A DNA stretch of 64,000 nucleotides, taken from positions 1,178,001-1,242,000 of the forward strand of contig CM119372.1 of assembly GCA_051294905.1 (NCBI GenBank), in the 5' to 3' direction. Position 1 is the first letter of the stretch. Every line of letters starts with the position of its first letter. Below the pieces are notes generated by a model, which was not told where the DNA came from, did not search any database, and saw nothing but the letters and a program-made list of their open reading frames with translations. The stretch comes from Botryllus schlosseri (Eukaryota). This document shows, piece by piece, positions 25,488-38,888 of this stretch. Made by a program: the position numbers and the translations under genes.

Positions 25488-26180
25488 GGCACTTCTTCGA
25501 TAGTAGCAAGACATCGTACAATGTTCACCATGATCACCAATGAATGTTTCTCATGAACACGTCAAAATTAATAAACATCAAAATATATTGTTTTATGCCT
25601 TTGGAGTGACGGATATTTTGGATTGGGAGAGGGTTAGGGTCAAAGTTGGGGTTAGGCTATCGCAAGATTAGGGTTTTGGTGGGGTGGGGGATAATGGATA
25701 TTAGGACCTTTAGGGCTTGGTAGAGGGATATCTTATGTTTGGGCATAGGGATATTAGGATTTGGTGGGGGATAAAAGGGTTGGGGCAAGGGATATTAGGG
25801 TTAGGGAATGGAGATATTAGGGTTAGGTAACATTAGGGTTAGAGGTGGGTCAGGCTCAAAATTGGGGTTACGGCATTCCAAGTTGAGGGAGGGGGTATTA
25901 GGGTTGGATATCGTGCCCCAACTTTGAGTTGACCATAACCCACCTCCAATGCTAATATCCCCCAACCCAATCCCCCCTCCTCCAACCCTAATATCCATCT
26001 ACCCAACCCTAATATCCCCCACCCCAACCCTAATATCTCCTCCCCGGCTCCCCCAACCCTATTCCAAATGGCCAATGGGGGAATAAAAATTATTTTGACA
26101 TTCAAAGAAACTTCGACGTGTTCATGGGAAACATTCATTGGTTAGCATTGTTCGATGTCTTCTACTATCGAAGAAGTGCC
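25488..26180. mobile_element. TIR element (GGCACTTCTTCGA termini) with inverted telomere-like arrays
   Basis: About 100-bp TIRs, TSD AGTGTTTC/AGTGTGTC, GATATTAGGGTT-type units followed by CCCTAATATC units. Confidence 0.8.
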
Positions 26181-26852
26181 AGTGTGTCAACGCTAATCTA
26201 TTAATTCACAATGTTAGGCCTACACTTCAATGATAGAATTTATAATACTATTGCATGATGGTCGTTTTGACAGAAATACAAGCAATATTGTGAGTCGGTG
26301 GTAATGGTAAAGTGAATAAATTTGATGCTTATAAAGACCACCTGACCGAGCTGGGAAACCTTTGATAAATTCTAGGTTTAAAAACATTTATATTGATACG
26401 TAGTTGAACAGCATTTCTAACTGCTAATATCATCAAATACAAATTTAAATTCAAAGACTTGCCAAGGACACTGTGACTCACTCTGACTGCAGAATAGTTT
26501 GGAAACGAAAAACAACTCAAAAATCACTCTGATACGATTGTTGATATACAATGCTCTTTCCAATTCTATACTATAGTTGCTGACGAGTGTCAGCCGAATA
26601 CATTTGGGTTCATTTCAATATCAATATGTTATTCAATTGTATTTCGAAGTTTGAAGTTCTGTCCAAAGTCCAACCAAAAAGGCAAAAGCTCCTCTAGTTG
26701 TCAAATTTCACTGAATTAGAGCGAAATGCCAGTAATCCAATTCTAATCTAATTTGGAAAGCTGAAAATTTCCTAGTTGTCCATCGTTCAACTCTGCACTG
26801 CAGCCAGGGCCAGGGCAGGGACTGTTTACATTGCTCAGTGAGAGTATAGAAT

Positions 26853-26889
26853 CAAAGTCACTCAACTATGACATAGTTGAGTGACTTTG
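26853..26889. mobile_element. 37-bp perfect hairpin micro-element
   Basis: 18-bp perfect inverted repeat with a 1-nt spacer, flanked by the 8-bp direct repeat TATAGAAT. Confidence 0.65.
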
Positions 26890-27823
26890 TATAGAATGAG
26901 AGTGACTGCAGCCCGTAATCCTTGTGATCATGTGAAGCATTGCGTAAGAACAGGTAAAACACTAATTCTCGAAAACTCGGAATATTAGCTCGCAAAGATC
27001 CGCGGCGGAAAGAGAGAGAGAGGGCATTGTACATTATTGAAGTTTTCAGTCAGCATAAGGGCAGTCCTTTTCGGCGAAGGTTTTCTCGCTGCCGATCGTT
27101 CTGGCACACTTCTCGGAGTCGCATGTTACATGACCTAAAACTGTATATGCCTTGATGCGTCGTGGCGCGATAATGGCCGACGCCGAAATGCCAATTCCCA
27201 TAAATCATGCGCATTTTTTCATGGGGAAGGGTATGAAGAAATTTGGCAACCGTAAAACGTGCATGGTGCGAAAAAAATTTGGATAAAGTTGCATCAATTT
27301 TTAAAAAAATACTTAATAATTTATGTTAATTTACGAAATAATTTTGGGCCCTTGCGAGCTCGCCCTTCATTGGGGTTTGGGGTGTTTCAGTAGCGGTCCT
27401 GGTTACAGTAATATCGGCGGTGCACTTTTGCGACGCTAGAGCAGGGGTGTCAAACACACGGGCCGCCAAACACACGGGCCGCATCCGGCTTGCCAGGCAA
27501 TTTAATCCGGCCTGCGAAGCAATGAAAAATGCTTATGTTATTCAACAAATTTGTAACGAATTGAAATACTTCCATTGAATAATCCCTCAAGATAGCAAGT
27601 GTCGAGCATGCTCATTGTCCATTCATTATAACCATCCGACGGAAACGTTGTTGTTTCGCTCTAGTTCAGCGGTTCTCAACCTTTTTTGACACGCGCCCCC
27701 TTGGCGATGGTCAAAAAAATCGCGCCCCCTGACCCCCCTTCCATTTATCGTCATGTCAAAAAGAGCACATCATCTAATATCAAAGTGGGCAAGTAGGGCA
27801 ACCTTCCTGCTAATCATGGCCGC

Positions 27824-30500
27824 TAGGGTTGTTCAGAATTGACCGACTTTCAAAAAGTCTAGGTTTTCAGTCCGTTTCCCATGCCTTATACCTTAAAAAC
27901 AAATTCTGGAAACTTTTTTTTGTAATTCATCCCCTGCATCCGTGTGCACATTGCCGTTTTTTCATGCACCTAAAAATTTCTTCGAATTAGGGGATTCCCC
28001 GTTGTCAGTGACTCGACGGGAATGGCGTGTGTTCTCATTGACGTGACGCGTATGTTCTAGCGCTGATGAAACGCTGAGCACAGCTGTGAAACGGGGATCA
28101 TTGATTAGTCAGGTGCCTTGCTGCTTTGTTGTTGATGGACTGTGTTTACGATTGACTGAGGAGCAGGACTTATCAGGCGGCGTTTTGACTCGTGCTATTA
28201 GCGAGTTTAGCGCGTGATTAGTGAACATAGTATTATAGCAGTATACAACTATTTGATATAATGGACCTGATACTCTTTTCCTTTCTACTGGGATAGAAAC
28301 AAAGCTTGCAAATGTCTATTCCAGTGACTGGGGAAAACCGCCAGTCGGTTGCTCTAAATTTTTTGTTATATCCCAAGATATCAATATACTGGTATGAGTT
28401 TTTCCAATTTAGGAATAACTATCTTCGATAATCTATAACTGGATCTAATCTGGCTACTCCTGTGGAAGTTATGCAGTATGTGTTCGACCTAAAACTCTGA
28501 AAGAACTGAAATGTTTTCCACTATTCTTTGTTGCTTGACTGAGTTTATGTATATCTGTTTTTCTAGGATTAGCTGTAGTGCGAAATGTCTGAAAAAAAAG
28601 AAAATCGTCATCTAGTGAAGCAGTACCAAAGAAAACTAGAAGAACACGATCGCAGACACAGCATTTCTGGCACTTCTTCGATGGCAGTCAGAGATCGAAA
28701 AGTGTTCACCATGATCACCAATGAATGTTTTCCATGAACACGAATAAAAATTTATAAACGTCAAAATATATTGTTTTTTCGTTTGGAAAGGGTTAGGGCA
28801 AAGTTGGGTTTTGAGTATCCCAAGATTAGGGTTGGAGTATTAGGGTGGGGGAGGGGGATATCAGGGTTGCGGGAGGGGGATATTAGGGTTGTGAAAGGGG
28901 GTATATTAGGGTTGGGTTAGGGGGGATATTAGCGTTGGAGGAGGGGAATATTAGGTTTAGGGTTAGGGGGATATTAGGGTTGCGGGAGGGAGGATCTTAG
29001 GGTTAGGGAAGGGGATATTAGGGTTAGGGAAGGGGATATAAGGGTTAGGGAAGGGGGATATCAGGGGTTGGGGTTAGGGGTATATTAGGGTTGCGGGAGG
29101 GAGGATATTAGGGTTGGAGGAGAGGGAGATTGGAGGTGGGGTAGGTATCTCAATCTTAGGGTTGGAGGAAAGATGGATATTATCGTTGGGGGAGAAGGGG
29201 TTGGAGGTGGGTTGGGTTCAAAGTTGGGGTTAGATTACCCCTAACCGGGGTTTAACCCACCTCTAATCTCCCTTTCACCCAACACTAAGATCCCCTCTCC
29301 CACAGCCCTAATATACCCCTTTCCCCAAGACCCCAACCCTAATCTTGGGATACCCTACCCCAACTTTGACCCTAACCCACCTCCAATCCCCCTAACCCTA
29401 ACATCCTGCCAACTCCCAACCCTAATACCCCACCTCTCCCAACCCTAATATTGGGATACCCTAACCCCAACTTTGACCCTAACCCACCTCCAATCCCCCT
29501 AACCCTAACATCCTGCCAACTCCCAACCCTAATACCCCACCTCTCCCAACCCTAATATTGGGATACCCTAACCCCAACTTTGACCCTAACCCACCTCCAA
29601 TCCCCCAACCCTAATATCCCCCTTCCCTAACATTCCTCGACCCTAATCTTGGGATACCTAACCCCAACTTTGACCCTAATCCACTTTCAATCTCCCTTTC
29701 CCCCACCCTAATATCCGTCTCCCCAAAATCACACAAAAAAAACACAATTTATTTTGACGTTCATAAATTTTCATTCGTGTTCATGGAAAACATGCATTGG
29801 TGATCATGGTGAACACTTTTCGATCTCTGACTGCCATCGAAGAAGTGCCGCATTTCTTAGTTGAGCCATCTGAGGAAGCCATTACAAGATCGAAGTTGCC
29901 CACTCTGAGGCAAGTTATGCAATATGTGCTACACCTGAGAGAGCATTCATTTTTAAAAAATGAACCAGTCAAGTCACACATCCAGATCGCAGTAGATGAA
30001 GTGATCGGTTTTTGGTTACTTGCTGGCATAAAGACTATCACAAAAGTCCATGCCACTAAAAGATTGGAAACAGTATGGAAACAATGGCTGTCACTAAAGA
30101 AAACTGCAGGCCGGCAATATGTATCAAAAAAAAGCGACTTTGAAGCCAAACTGAGTAAGCTATGGAATATAGGAGCCCCTGACGCGATAGCGACAATTGA
30201 AGCAAGTAGACTTCTTTCTGACGATAAAAAACGTGAAGACATTGCATTTTATCAGGATCAAAGGGGTCCGAGATTAACAACGATCGGTGGCAAAGATAAA
30301 GTGTTGAAAGCGAAAATCATGCAACAAAAGAGACGGACCATGAGTGCAAGAGAGTCTGCACCAGCATCAAGTAGCGAAGGTGAATTTACAGAGAGCTCAT
30401 CTATATCTTCACAGGTAGCTGACACTTCTCACAGCACTGATTTTGAACTTGCACAGTCGACATCTGGTCATTCCTCTAAATTTGTGACTCTAAAAGCTCC
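27824..30500 (+). mobile_element. 5' part of a hATm-like transposon with a disrupted transposase N-terminus
   Basis: TAGGGTTGTTCAG left end. ATG near 28584 with a frameshift in an A-run. The frame TRSQTQHF|LVEP...SKLPTLRQVM...KLWNIG...EDIAFYQDQRGPR...GGKDK is restored on removing 28669-29849. The 3' part is truncated. Confidence 0.7.
28669..29849. mobile_element. TIR element (GGCACTTCTTCGA termini; Merlin- or MULE-like) with head-to-head TTAGGG/CCCTAA-like arrays
   Basis: About 100-bp TIRs, perfect 8-bp TSD GCATTTCT. G-rich arm about 28790-29235, C-rich arm about 29240-29715. Confidence 0.88.
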
Positions 30501-32562
30501 TGGCCGCATTTCGATTACTTATGTAGCCCAAGGCCGCATTCCAGGGCATGGCCGCAATGAACGATCTGGACGCAAAATACCTATGGTAAACTGTCCAATA
30601 TCCATATCCATTCCCGGTGAACTCCGGACTATTCTACTTTTCACAACGGCCTATCGTACGCACCGAAATCGCGAGTGGCAATGTTATGATTAGTTTCTGG
30701 GAGTGCATATTGTCGCGCCAAGCGTGAAAAGTTTTCAGAGCCGCGAATGAATTGTTATTTCTTGAGGATTCCCATTCCTGCTCCAATTAAAAAGGGCGCT
30801 ACTGCATTAAAATCGAAAAATGAAGGCTTGTTGAATTGCGCGGAGCGCGAAGAAAATTTCAAGATTAAATAAAATCTCTCGAAAATTCGGGAGTGAATTC
30901 GTAATTGCAATTTGCATGTCTAGTGTCTACGGCTGCCAAGACATACCGATTGAATAAGGCGTCGACGGTCGCACAAATTCCCTTCTACGGCTGTATGCGG
31001 CCGTACGGGCTGCCCACCCCTGATCTAATAGTACACATAAGGTATATCTTACGCCAGTTTTGAATCCGCATTCCAGTTGTTTAGTCTTTTACATTGCTGA
31101 CAAACCTCCCCAAACTTGTTTGAAAATAACAAAAAAACATTGAAAAGGACATCAATTAATTTCAAGGTAGGTTGCACACTTGCACTGAGAATCATCCTGA
31201 TGCTGGCAGTGACTACAAAGAGCACGGCGTGCTTCTGTCCTGCCATGCTAAATTTGATCAGTTTTGGAAATGAATTAAATTGTGTTGATTTATAGCCAAA
31301 TTGAAAGCGAAACCGGGCAACCTATATTGCATCTAAGTCTGTCTTAGGCAGTGCAGTTCGCCAGCTATCAACAACAGCTACCTAGCGCACAGAGACTTAG
31401 GCTACTGCCAAAGCTATAAAGTAATGAATGACTTGCACTTGCATGTAGGAATTTCACTAAATCTTCAAAGAATATTAAAAATTTGCTCAAATGAAGTTGA
31501 AGTCAGCCTATACTCCGTTGAGCGCGACTGCTGGAGTTTGAGTTTGGCAAGCTTTCTAGAATACGAATTAAGTTTAATCTTCAATAATCGTATCTTCAGA
31601 ATGGTTGTGAAACACATGTTTAATCACAATTTATACAGACATTGACAAAATTTTCTCGCGCCCCCCTGAGAGCCTCCCGCGCCCCCCAGGTTGAGAACCC
31701 CTGCTCTAGTTCACTAGGAACAAGTCGGTGATATTGACACCCAATTTTGAGAAGGCAAAAATACTGTGCACACCGAGTTAAGAGTTTTATGAGAGAGAGA
31801 GAGAGTCTTTTATTTTTCATCAAACCAAAATACATAACACACGGCAGTGGTGGTGGTACAGAAAATATGCATGCACAGTATTCGGTATTAGATAGGAATG
31901 ATCGATAAGACCGTGAGGGTCATCTAGTCTGATCACACCAGCATCAAACAGGTACACTTGACTCTAAACAGTCTGGCTGTAAAAAAAGTTACAGTAGTTA
32001 AAAAAATAAAATAGAAGAAAAATTAAACGATGGTAGCAAATGATCAATGAAGCAATGTCTGGGCGAGGTAGGGCAACAGTGTTAGTGTAACGATAAGAGG
32101 TGATCAAGTAGGGCTTTTTTGAATCTATCATAAGGCAATTCACGGCTATGTGGCGGTAATGCATTCCAAATGATAGGTCCCGAGTAGTCGATAGATCTCT
32201 TAGTTAGGTTGCTATTGGGTAGGGGTAAGTAGATATTCCCCTTTGACGAGGATCTCGTGTAATGGCAATGGACATTTTTAGCAGGTATGAAAAAGTCATC
32301 AAACACAGGAGGCAGACTATTGGAAAAATATTTGTGAAAAACTTTTGATACTTCGAAGCGATATAGCTCATCAACTCGCAAAATTCGATGCTTACGGTAG
32401 TAAGGCGATAAATTGGTACGTAAAGGTACAGATGAGATCAGCCGTATCGCACGGTTTTGCAGGGTTCGAATTCTGCACAGAAATGTTTTGCATGCACTTC
32501 CCCATACTACGATTCCATATTGCAGGTGAGAGTGGAAAAGAGAAAAATATATGGTTCGTAGT

Positions 32563-35500
32563 CAATGTTCCCTCTAATTTTTTAGGAGTCTGCGCAAACA
32601 CGCCAAGTCACTGCGCAGGCCCTCGGACAACAGTGCGCAACCACCCTCCAATAGGGTATGATAAAACTAACTACTGGGGGGCTTCGCCCCCCAGACCCCT
32701 CGCGGCTCTAGGCTTTTTCCGGTACTTATAATGTACTGTCGGCGCCCATTTAGTAGTAGCGTACCTAAACGCGCGAAGCGCGAAAAATTTTCTATAATTT
32801 ATGATTGCATCGGCCAATATGACCGGGAATTGCATATATATTGCTATAAATTTTTATCCTCTACCTGCCCACATGATCAGATTTACCGGTAGAACTTATC
32901 CAGTGAGGGGTGTTGGAATAGATGGGCGGCCCTCTAAATAATAATAAAACATCTTCGGGCGCACCCGTTGATATAATGACTTCGTTACATGACGCTATTT
33001 CGTGACCCCCTATCTGCTATGTCAAAAGATATTGAAATTGCCAAAACGTATTAAAGTAAAAGACGTACACGATTTCTAATTGGTATTTCTTAACTGGAAA
33101 ATATAATGTTCCTTCGATATGGCATTTGTCTTGTTTAGGGACTCGGATCGCCAGGACAGGAACATTCGGCGCCAGCCATTTAGGCGCCCATGGACATGGA
33201 CAATTACACATATATTTGTATATATCGAAGTTTTCGGTCAGCACCGTGGCAGTCTTTTTCGCCCAAGGTTTTCTCGCTGCTGATCGTTCTGACGCACTTC
33301 TTGGATTCGCATGTTACATAGCCTTTAACTTCATATGTCTTGGCGCGTCATGGTGTGGTAATGGCCGACGCCTAACTTCCCATTTCTATAGATCATGCCA
33401 AATTTTTGTTGGGAAAGGGTACCCAATAATCAGATGTCTTACAATAATAAAACGCGCGTAACGCGAAAACAAATTCCTGAAAAATTTCAAAAACTACAAC
33501 ATGATTTATGTTAATTCTCGAAATAATTTTGGACCCCTTTCGAGCTCGACCCCTCCAATTGGAGGGTTTGGGGTGCGAAAGTTACGGTCCTGAGTAAATC
33601 TTACGCAATGTTTATGCCACGCGAAAAAGACTATCATTCGTTAGTTTCTCGAAGATTAACTTCGAGCTAGCCAATTGTTATATAAAACTTTGTTAAACCA
33701 TGTTATTTCGCCATTCCCAGAAAATAATGCGCTATTGAAATGATATCAGTATCGCTCAAGTGTACGAGGCCATACTAAAATAATATCTTCCGTGAGGCGC
33801 AGGTGATTGTGAACTCTAATTTCTTCACGGAGCGCAATAGGCCTTTTGCAGGACTTCGATCACGTGACTAGATACGCATAGCAACAACAAATTGGTTAGC
33901 AAGCTACTTTCTCGCGCACCTGCTTCAGTGCTAAATATCGCATAGTGTACTGTTGATTTCTAGTTGTAAACGTTTCGGAAATTTGTTGTAGAAGTCATCA
34001 GAGATTCACCTATGCTAGATGTCAATCATGTACAAAGCATTTAGAATGATATCGTCAGAATTACGCAGAAATCCATCGGTAACGTAGTCGTATTACGGTA
34101 CTCAACTCTGATCATATGTACTTAAATTTATGCATTTGAAGTAAAGCGATTAGCTTATATTCTGGTAAGAGTATTTGTTAGTTCAAGCAGTACTATTTGT
34201 CTGTTGTGGAGCCTGATTTTGGATGGAAGATATGGCTGAAGCAGTCGGGACCCGCAAGGATCAGGATATACTGTCTGCTGGTTTGGGTGCTGGCGTGCTG
34301 CTATAAAACAAATGTCGCTGAACACATCGGAAGTATCTTTTGGGAAAACCTGCCGTCAAGACTAAGCAAATCAGTGCACTTTATTGTTGCCTTATGCAAT
34401 GCCAATTTTATTACCACTACTTCGCAACTGCGATTGAAGTGGATTTGGCAAATCACACTCGATTTTGATAAATAGTTGATGTCACATATGTGCGATATTT
34501 AGCGAACTAAGGGAAGTAACTATCATATAACTCTTAGAGCAGCTCAAACGCAGTGACAAGATCGGTCATCCTATACCCAGACGTGGTCAACGTGGTCATT
34601 GTTGGGAACCGAGTAGAAGTAATGCCTTAATTTATACTCCAGTACAAGTAGCACTAATTACTTCCAGGACATGTCCAAAGTACTTCAAGTGGAAGTAGAA
34701 ATGAATTTCTGAAAAGCGGTCAAGAAATTCGTTACATGAAGTAGATTTGGTTGAGGGTCACTTAGTTTTAGAAATTGATGCCATGTGACAACTGTAAACA
34801 TTGCATGTTGCATCTTCTTGATCAACGCAAAAGGGTGATGACACCACAAATAAGTGCAATTTTCAAAAATTAATTTAGTTACCGTGGTACTGGGGATATT
34901 TTGCCCAGTTGTTATGACAACCTCACGCTTGAAGGGGATGCAATCATGCGCCAAAGCTACTTTCTAGTTGACAAAATCCCAAACCTGACAAAAAAGTACT
35001 ACCTAAAAAGTGTCAAGTAGAAGTGGAAGTAGCCTAAACTCATAATGACGCTAGTACTCAGGTAAAATAGTACTTCGTTGCTGACCCCCTCTGTGTATTG
35101 GCTCAACCAACTCAGAAACATCCTCTAAAGACGACTAACATTGTTCCTTTCGCATTGACTCTGTAATATTCTGAACTTATGATATTCTTTGATTCATTGA
35201 ATTTACTAATAAACTTGCAACGAAGATCGATTTATTAATTTTTGTGCATTCGATACCCAGAGCATAAGAAATAGTTGAAGAAAAATGGATCTTAACCTTA
35301 TCAAGTTCAATGACTGCCGAGACTGTTATGCCTATGTATTTTCCTCTACCTCCATAGCCACTTGTCTAAACATATTCATAGCATCCACGGACGAGCGCTT
35401 GTCTTGCTGTACACAAATGAAATATCATTTTCAAAGCAGACATCAACATCGAGAAAGAAGTTCAGGACAGTTAGTCAGTGGTCAGATCATCTGCTGACAT

Positions 35501-36844
35501 TTTCTGTTGGCATGAAACCACGCTGCCTTCCACCGCGTGAGCAAATTTTATGTGGTGATAATAATTGGCTCCAGGCTAAATTCTTGACGAGGGCATCATC
35601 AATTTCTTAGTTGACTATGTTCGGCTCTCTTGTGATAATCCATCATATCATTAATCCGTATGCATGTGGTATAGCCATATGTCTTGAAACTCAAGATATT
35701 TGCACTGTGCCATAGAGTGAAGTAATCCAATCCAGGCAATTAATCAAGTAATCCAGGCCCCGGGACAGTTTGTTTCACCCTCAATTGGAGCTGATGATCA
35801 TTTTCCTTCGGGTAGTGGCACTTGGCAGCATGACAGAATGATCAATAACTTGTAATATAGGTGTAGAGGTCTAAATATTTTGAATTGTTCAACTGAGAAG
35901 TCATACAACAGCTTAGGATATTTAATATATATATGGTATGTAGCACATTGCATGAATTCATAGCACATCAACGTACTGGCACTGGCAGTCATTGTCTCTT
36001 AGGCTTAAAAATAGCAGTATCCTACATATATTGCAATCGATATCAATCATCAAAATGCTGCAATGATTACCAACTACCGCTACAATACAACTATAGTATA
36101 CTATCCACACCTAACTTAATGCTGCAATAAATATCACGCAGTCAATGTCCTGCAATGTCGAATTTTGTGTCATAAAATCATAGTTGACTACCAAATAACG
36201 GCTACAATGTCGATCATTTTGACGCAAGGAGTTTACATAGTTCATGAATCAAAGACATCCGACATATTTGAATCCTTGCGCATCTCCATGACACTTGCGA
36301 ACGTTTACAGCCCGAAAACGATAATATACTGTATCCGAAATACGGCTACGTTAACGACGGATTTCTGCGTAATTCCGACGATATCATTCTATGTGCGTTG
36401 TACACGATTGACATCTAGCATAGGTAAATCTCTGATGACTTCTACAACAAATTTCCGAAACGTTTACAACCAGAAATCAACAGTACACTATGCGATATTT
36501 AGCACTGAAGCAGGTGCGCGAGAAAGTAGCTTGCTAACCAATTTGTTGTTGTTATGCGTATCTAGTCACGTGATCAAAGTCCTGCAAAAGGCCTATTGTT
36601 ACCTTTGCGGGGCGCACTTGTACCTCGGTTTCAGACTTCAGTGATAACATTATATGGCCCTGGCAATGTTCCATCTCAATTTTCCCGAATCTGCGCGCCT
36701 GCGTGGTCCATTGGACAACAGTGCGCAACAACTATAAAAAAAAACATCATTTCTGATTTTTTGTGCGCAGCGTAGATTTTCTGTGCGCAGAGACCGTTTC
36801 AGCACTGCGCATTTGCGCACGTGCGCAGCTTAGAGGGAACATTG
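32563..36844. mobile_element. Composite hAT-type element (CAATGTTCCCTCTAA termini)
   Basis: 15-bp TIR, 8-bp TSD TTCGTAGT in LINE coding sequence. The right end is a complete ~180-bp MITE (36664-36844). Confidence 0.8.
33835..36598. mobile_element. Non-autonomous element with ~260-bp TIRs (CAATAGGCCTTTTGCAGG termini)
   Basis: About 33835-34090 is the reverse complement of about 36345-36598. Superfamily not determined. Confidence 0.75.
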
Positions 36845-36967
36845 TTCGTAGTATTGATCTGGAAACCAAAGATTGCAGACGGGTCATTATTCCCACACAC
36901 CGAGCTAGTTTTGATATTGTGCATTCAATATGCTGCTTCCAAGACATTTTAGCATCAATAGTGACAC

Positions 36968-38888
36968 CATAGTGTCCTATATGGTGTCGACACAAGCAAA
37001 TCGCACGGTTCAATGAAATTGTATCACGTCACAGTTTCCATTTGGCTACAGGCAATTTGACGGTGATTTTTGACCGACTTGCCGAGCATTAAATTTGATG
37101 AATCGGGTATCAATCGAAAGCTGACGCTGTACTGCTTGCGAAAATATAAATTTTATTCCACTCATGGCCCTGGAACCCCCACAATCAGCCCCAAACTATT
37201 CATTGTCGAGTAGATTGGCAGTGTGACGCAACAATGCTTTCTGGCGAAACGAGAGACTAGCTCAAGAGCAAGGATGATAGAGGTGATAGAGATATGTAGG
37301 CTACGTCTAAGTAGTCTACATTGGATATGTCAGATTATTATGATATCGATTGCCTTAGCCCGCTTGTTGCGTAGGGATCCAGAGATGCGTGGCGCTGTTG
37401 ATACTTTCTATAGGCGCTTCGCTAAAAGCGAGCACACACCAGCCTTTCCTTGACTTGTAAGGGTAGAACTGGGTCCACAGAATGTATTTGGTCCCTACCA
37501 ATTTTCGCGCAATCCTTCAGCTGATAGAGATATTTCTAGTAAGAAAAATATACTTTCAAGTAATAAGATTCACTCAAGACAGCAAATTTAGATAATGTAA
37601 ATATATCATATTGTAGTAATACAACTACAGTGTTGAGTTTTCACTCTAGTCCCCATAAGCACCACGTCGGTGACCTTGCCAAATTCCAAGAAGGCGAAAA
37701 AGTGCAAACTCTGTTGGGCCGAGTGGACAATGAACGTTCAGTTATTCACAGATGCGAAAAAAATAATGCAAATCCGTTTTACGTAAGTTACATTAGGAAT
37801 ATATATACAGGCTACAGAATGAATATAATTCAAATATCTGTGATACCACTGTATTACTTTTGACACAAAAGGTCCTCGGCATTCAAAAAAACTGTTTGGT
37901 GATTGAAAAATGCTAAACCAAATTCCAACGTCAACGTTTATAGTGATATCAGATATATTCCAGTGAAAAACAAAGGTATGAATTTGGCGTTAACATTTTG
38001 GAATCATTTGGCAGATATGGCCCGCAAGCTTTCTAGTAACGGATTGAATCTGGACAGCGATACCAGTTTAATTCGACACTCCTGCTGTTAAACTTTATTC
38101 AACAATCAACATTTTACCTGATGCATTCGCGGACCAAGTCATACCCATATACGGATCAAATAAAAGCTTGTAATGTATGCTCATGCTCAATGCTCCTTGC
38201 TCACACTTAACCATAAAAGCAACTATAGAAAGTATTGACATCGACACCCGCCATCAACAGCGCGACGTGTCTCTGGAGCCCTACGCAACAAAAGCGGGCA
38301 AAGGCAATCGATATCATAATAATCTGACATATCCAATGTAGACTACTTAGACGTAGCCTACATATCTCTATCAGCTGAAGGATATTGCGCGAAAATTGGT
38401 AGGGCCCTAATACATTCTGTGGACCCAGTTCTACCCTTACAAGTCAAGGAAAGGCTGGTGTGTGCTCGCTTGTACCGAAGCGCATAGAAAAAGTATCAAC
38501 AGCGCAGCGTTTCTCTGTGGCGCGCTTGCACATTGCTATTGCCGCGACGTCAGCTGATCCCACTCTCGCCGCTCGGCCGCATCCTTGCTCTTGAGCTAGT
38601 CTCTCGTTTCGCCAGAAAGCATTGTTGCGTCACACTGCCATTCTACTCGACAATGAATAATTTGGGGCTGATTGTGGGGGTTCCAGGGCCATGAGTGGAA
38701 TAAAATTTATATTTTCGCAAGCAGTACAGCGTCAGCTTTCGATTGATACCCAATTCATCAAATTTAATGCTCGGCAAGCCGGTCAAAAATCACCGTCAAA
38801 TTGCCTGTAGCCAAATGGAAACTGTGACGTGATACAATTTCATTGAACCGTGCGATTTGCTTGTGTCGACACCATATAGGACACTATG
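36968..38888. mobile_element. P/Galileo-like foldback element
   Basis: CATAGTGTCC termini, ~295-bp TIRs followed by internal inverted repeat modules, 7-bp TSD GTGACAC. Confidence 0.88.

Noticed and set aside
28790..29715. Ancestral telomere-telomere fusion site
   Set aside because: The arrays are enclosed by TIRs and a TSD and recur at 25488-26180, so they are transposon cargo.
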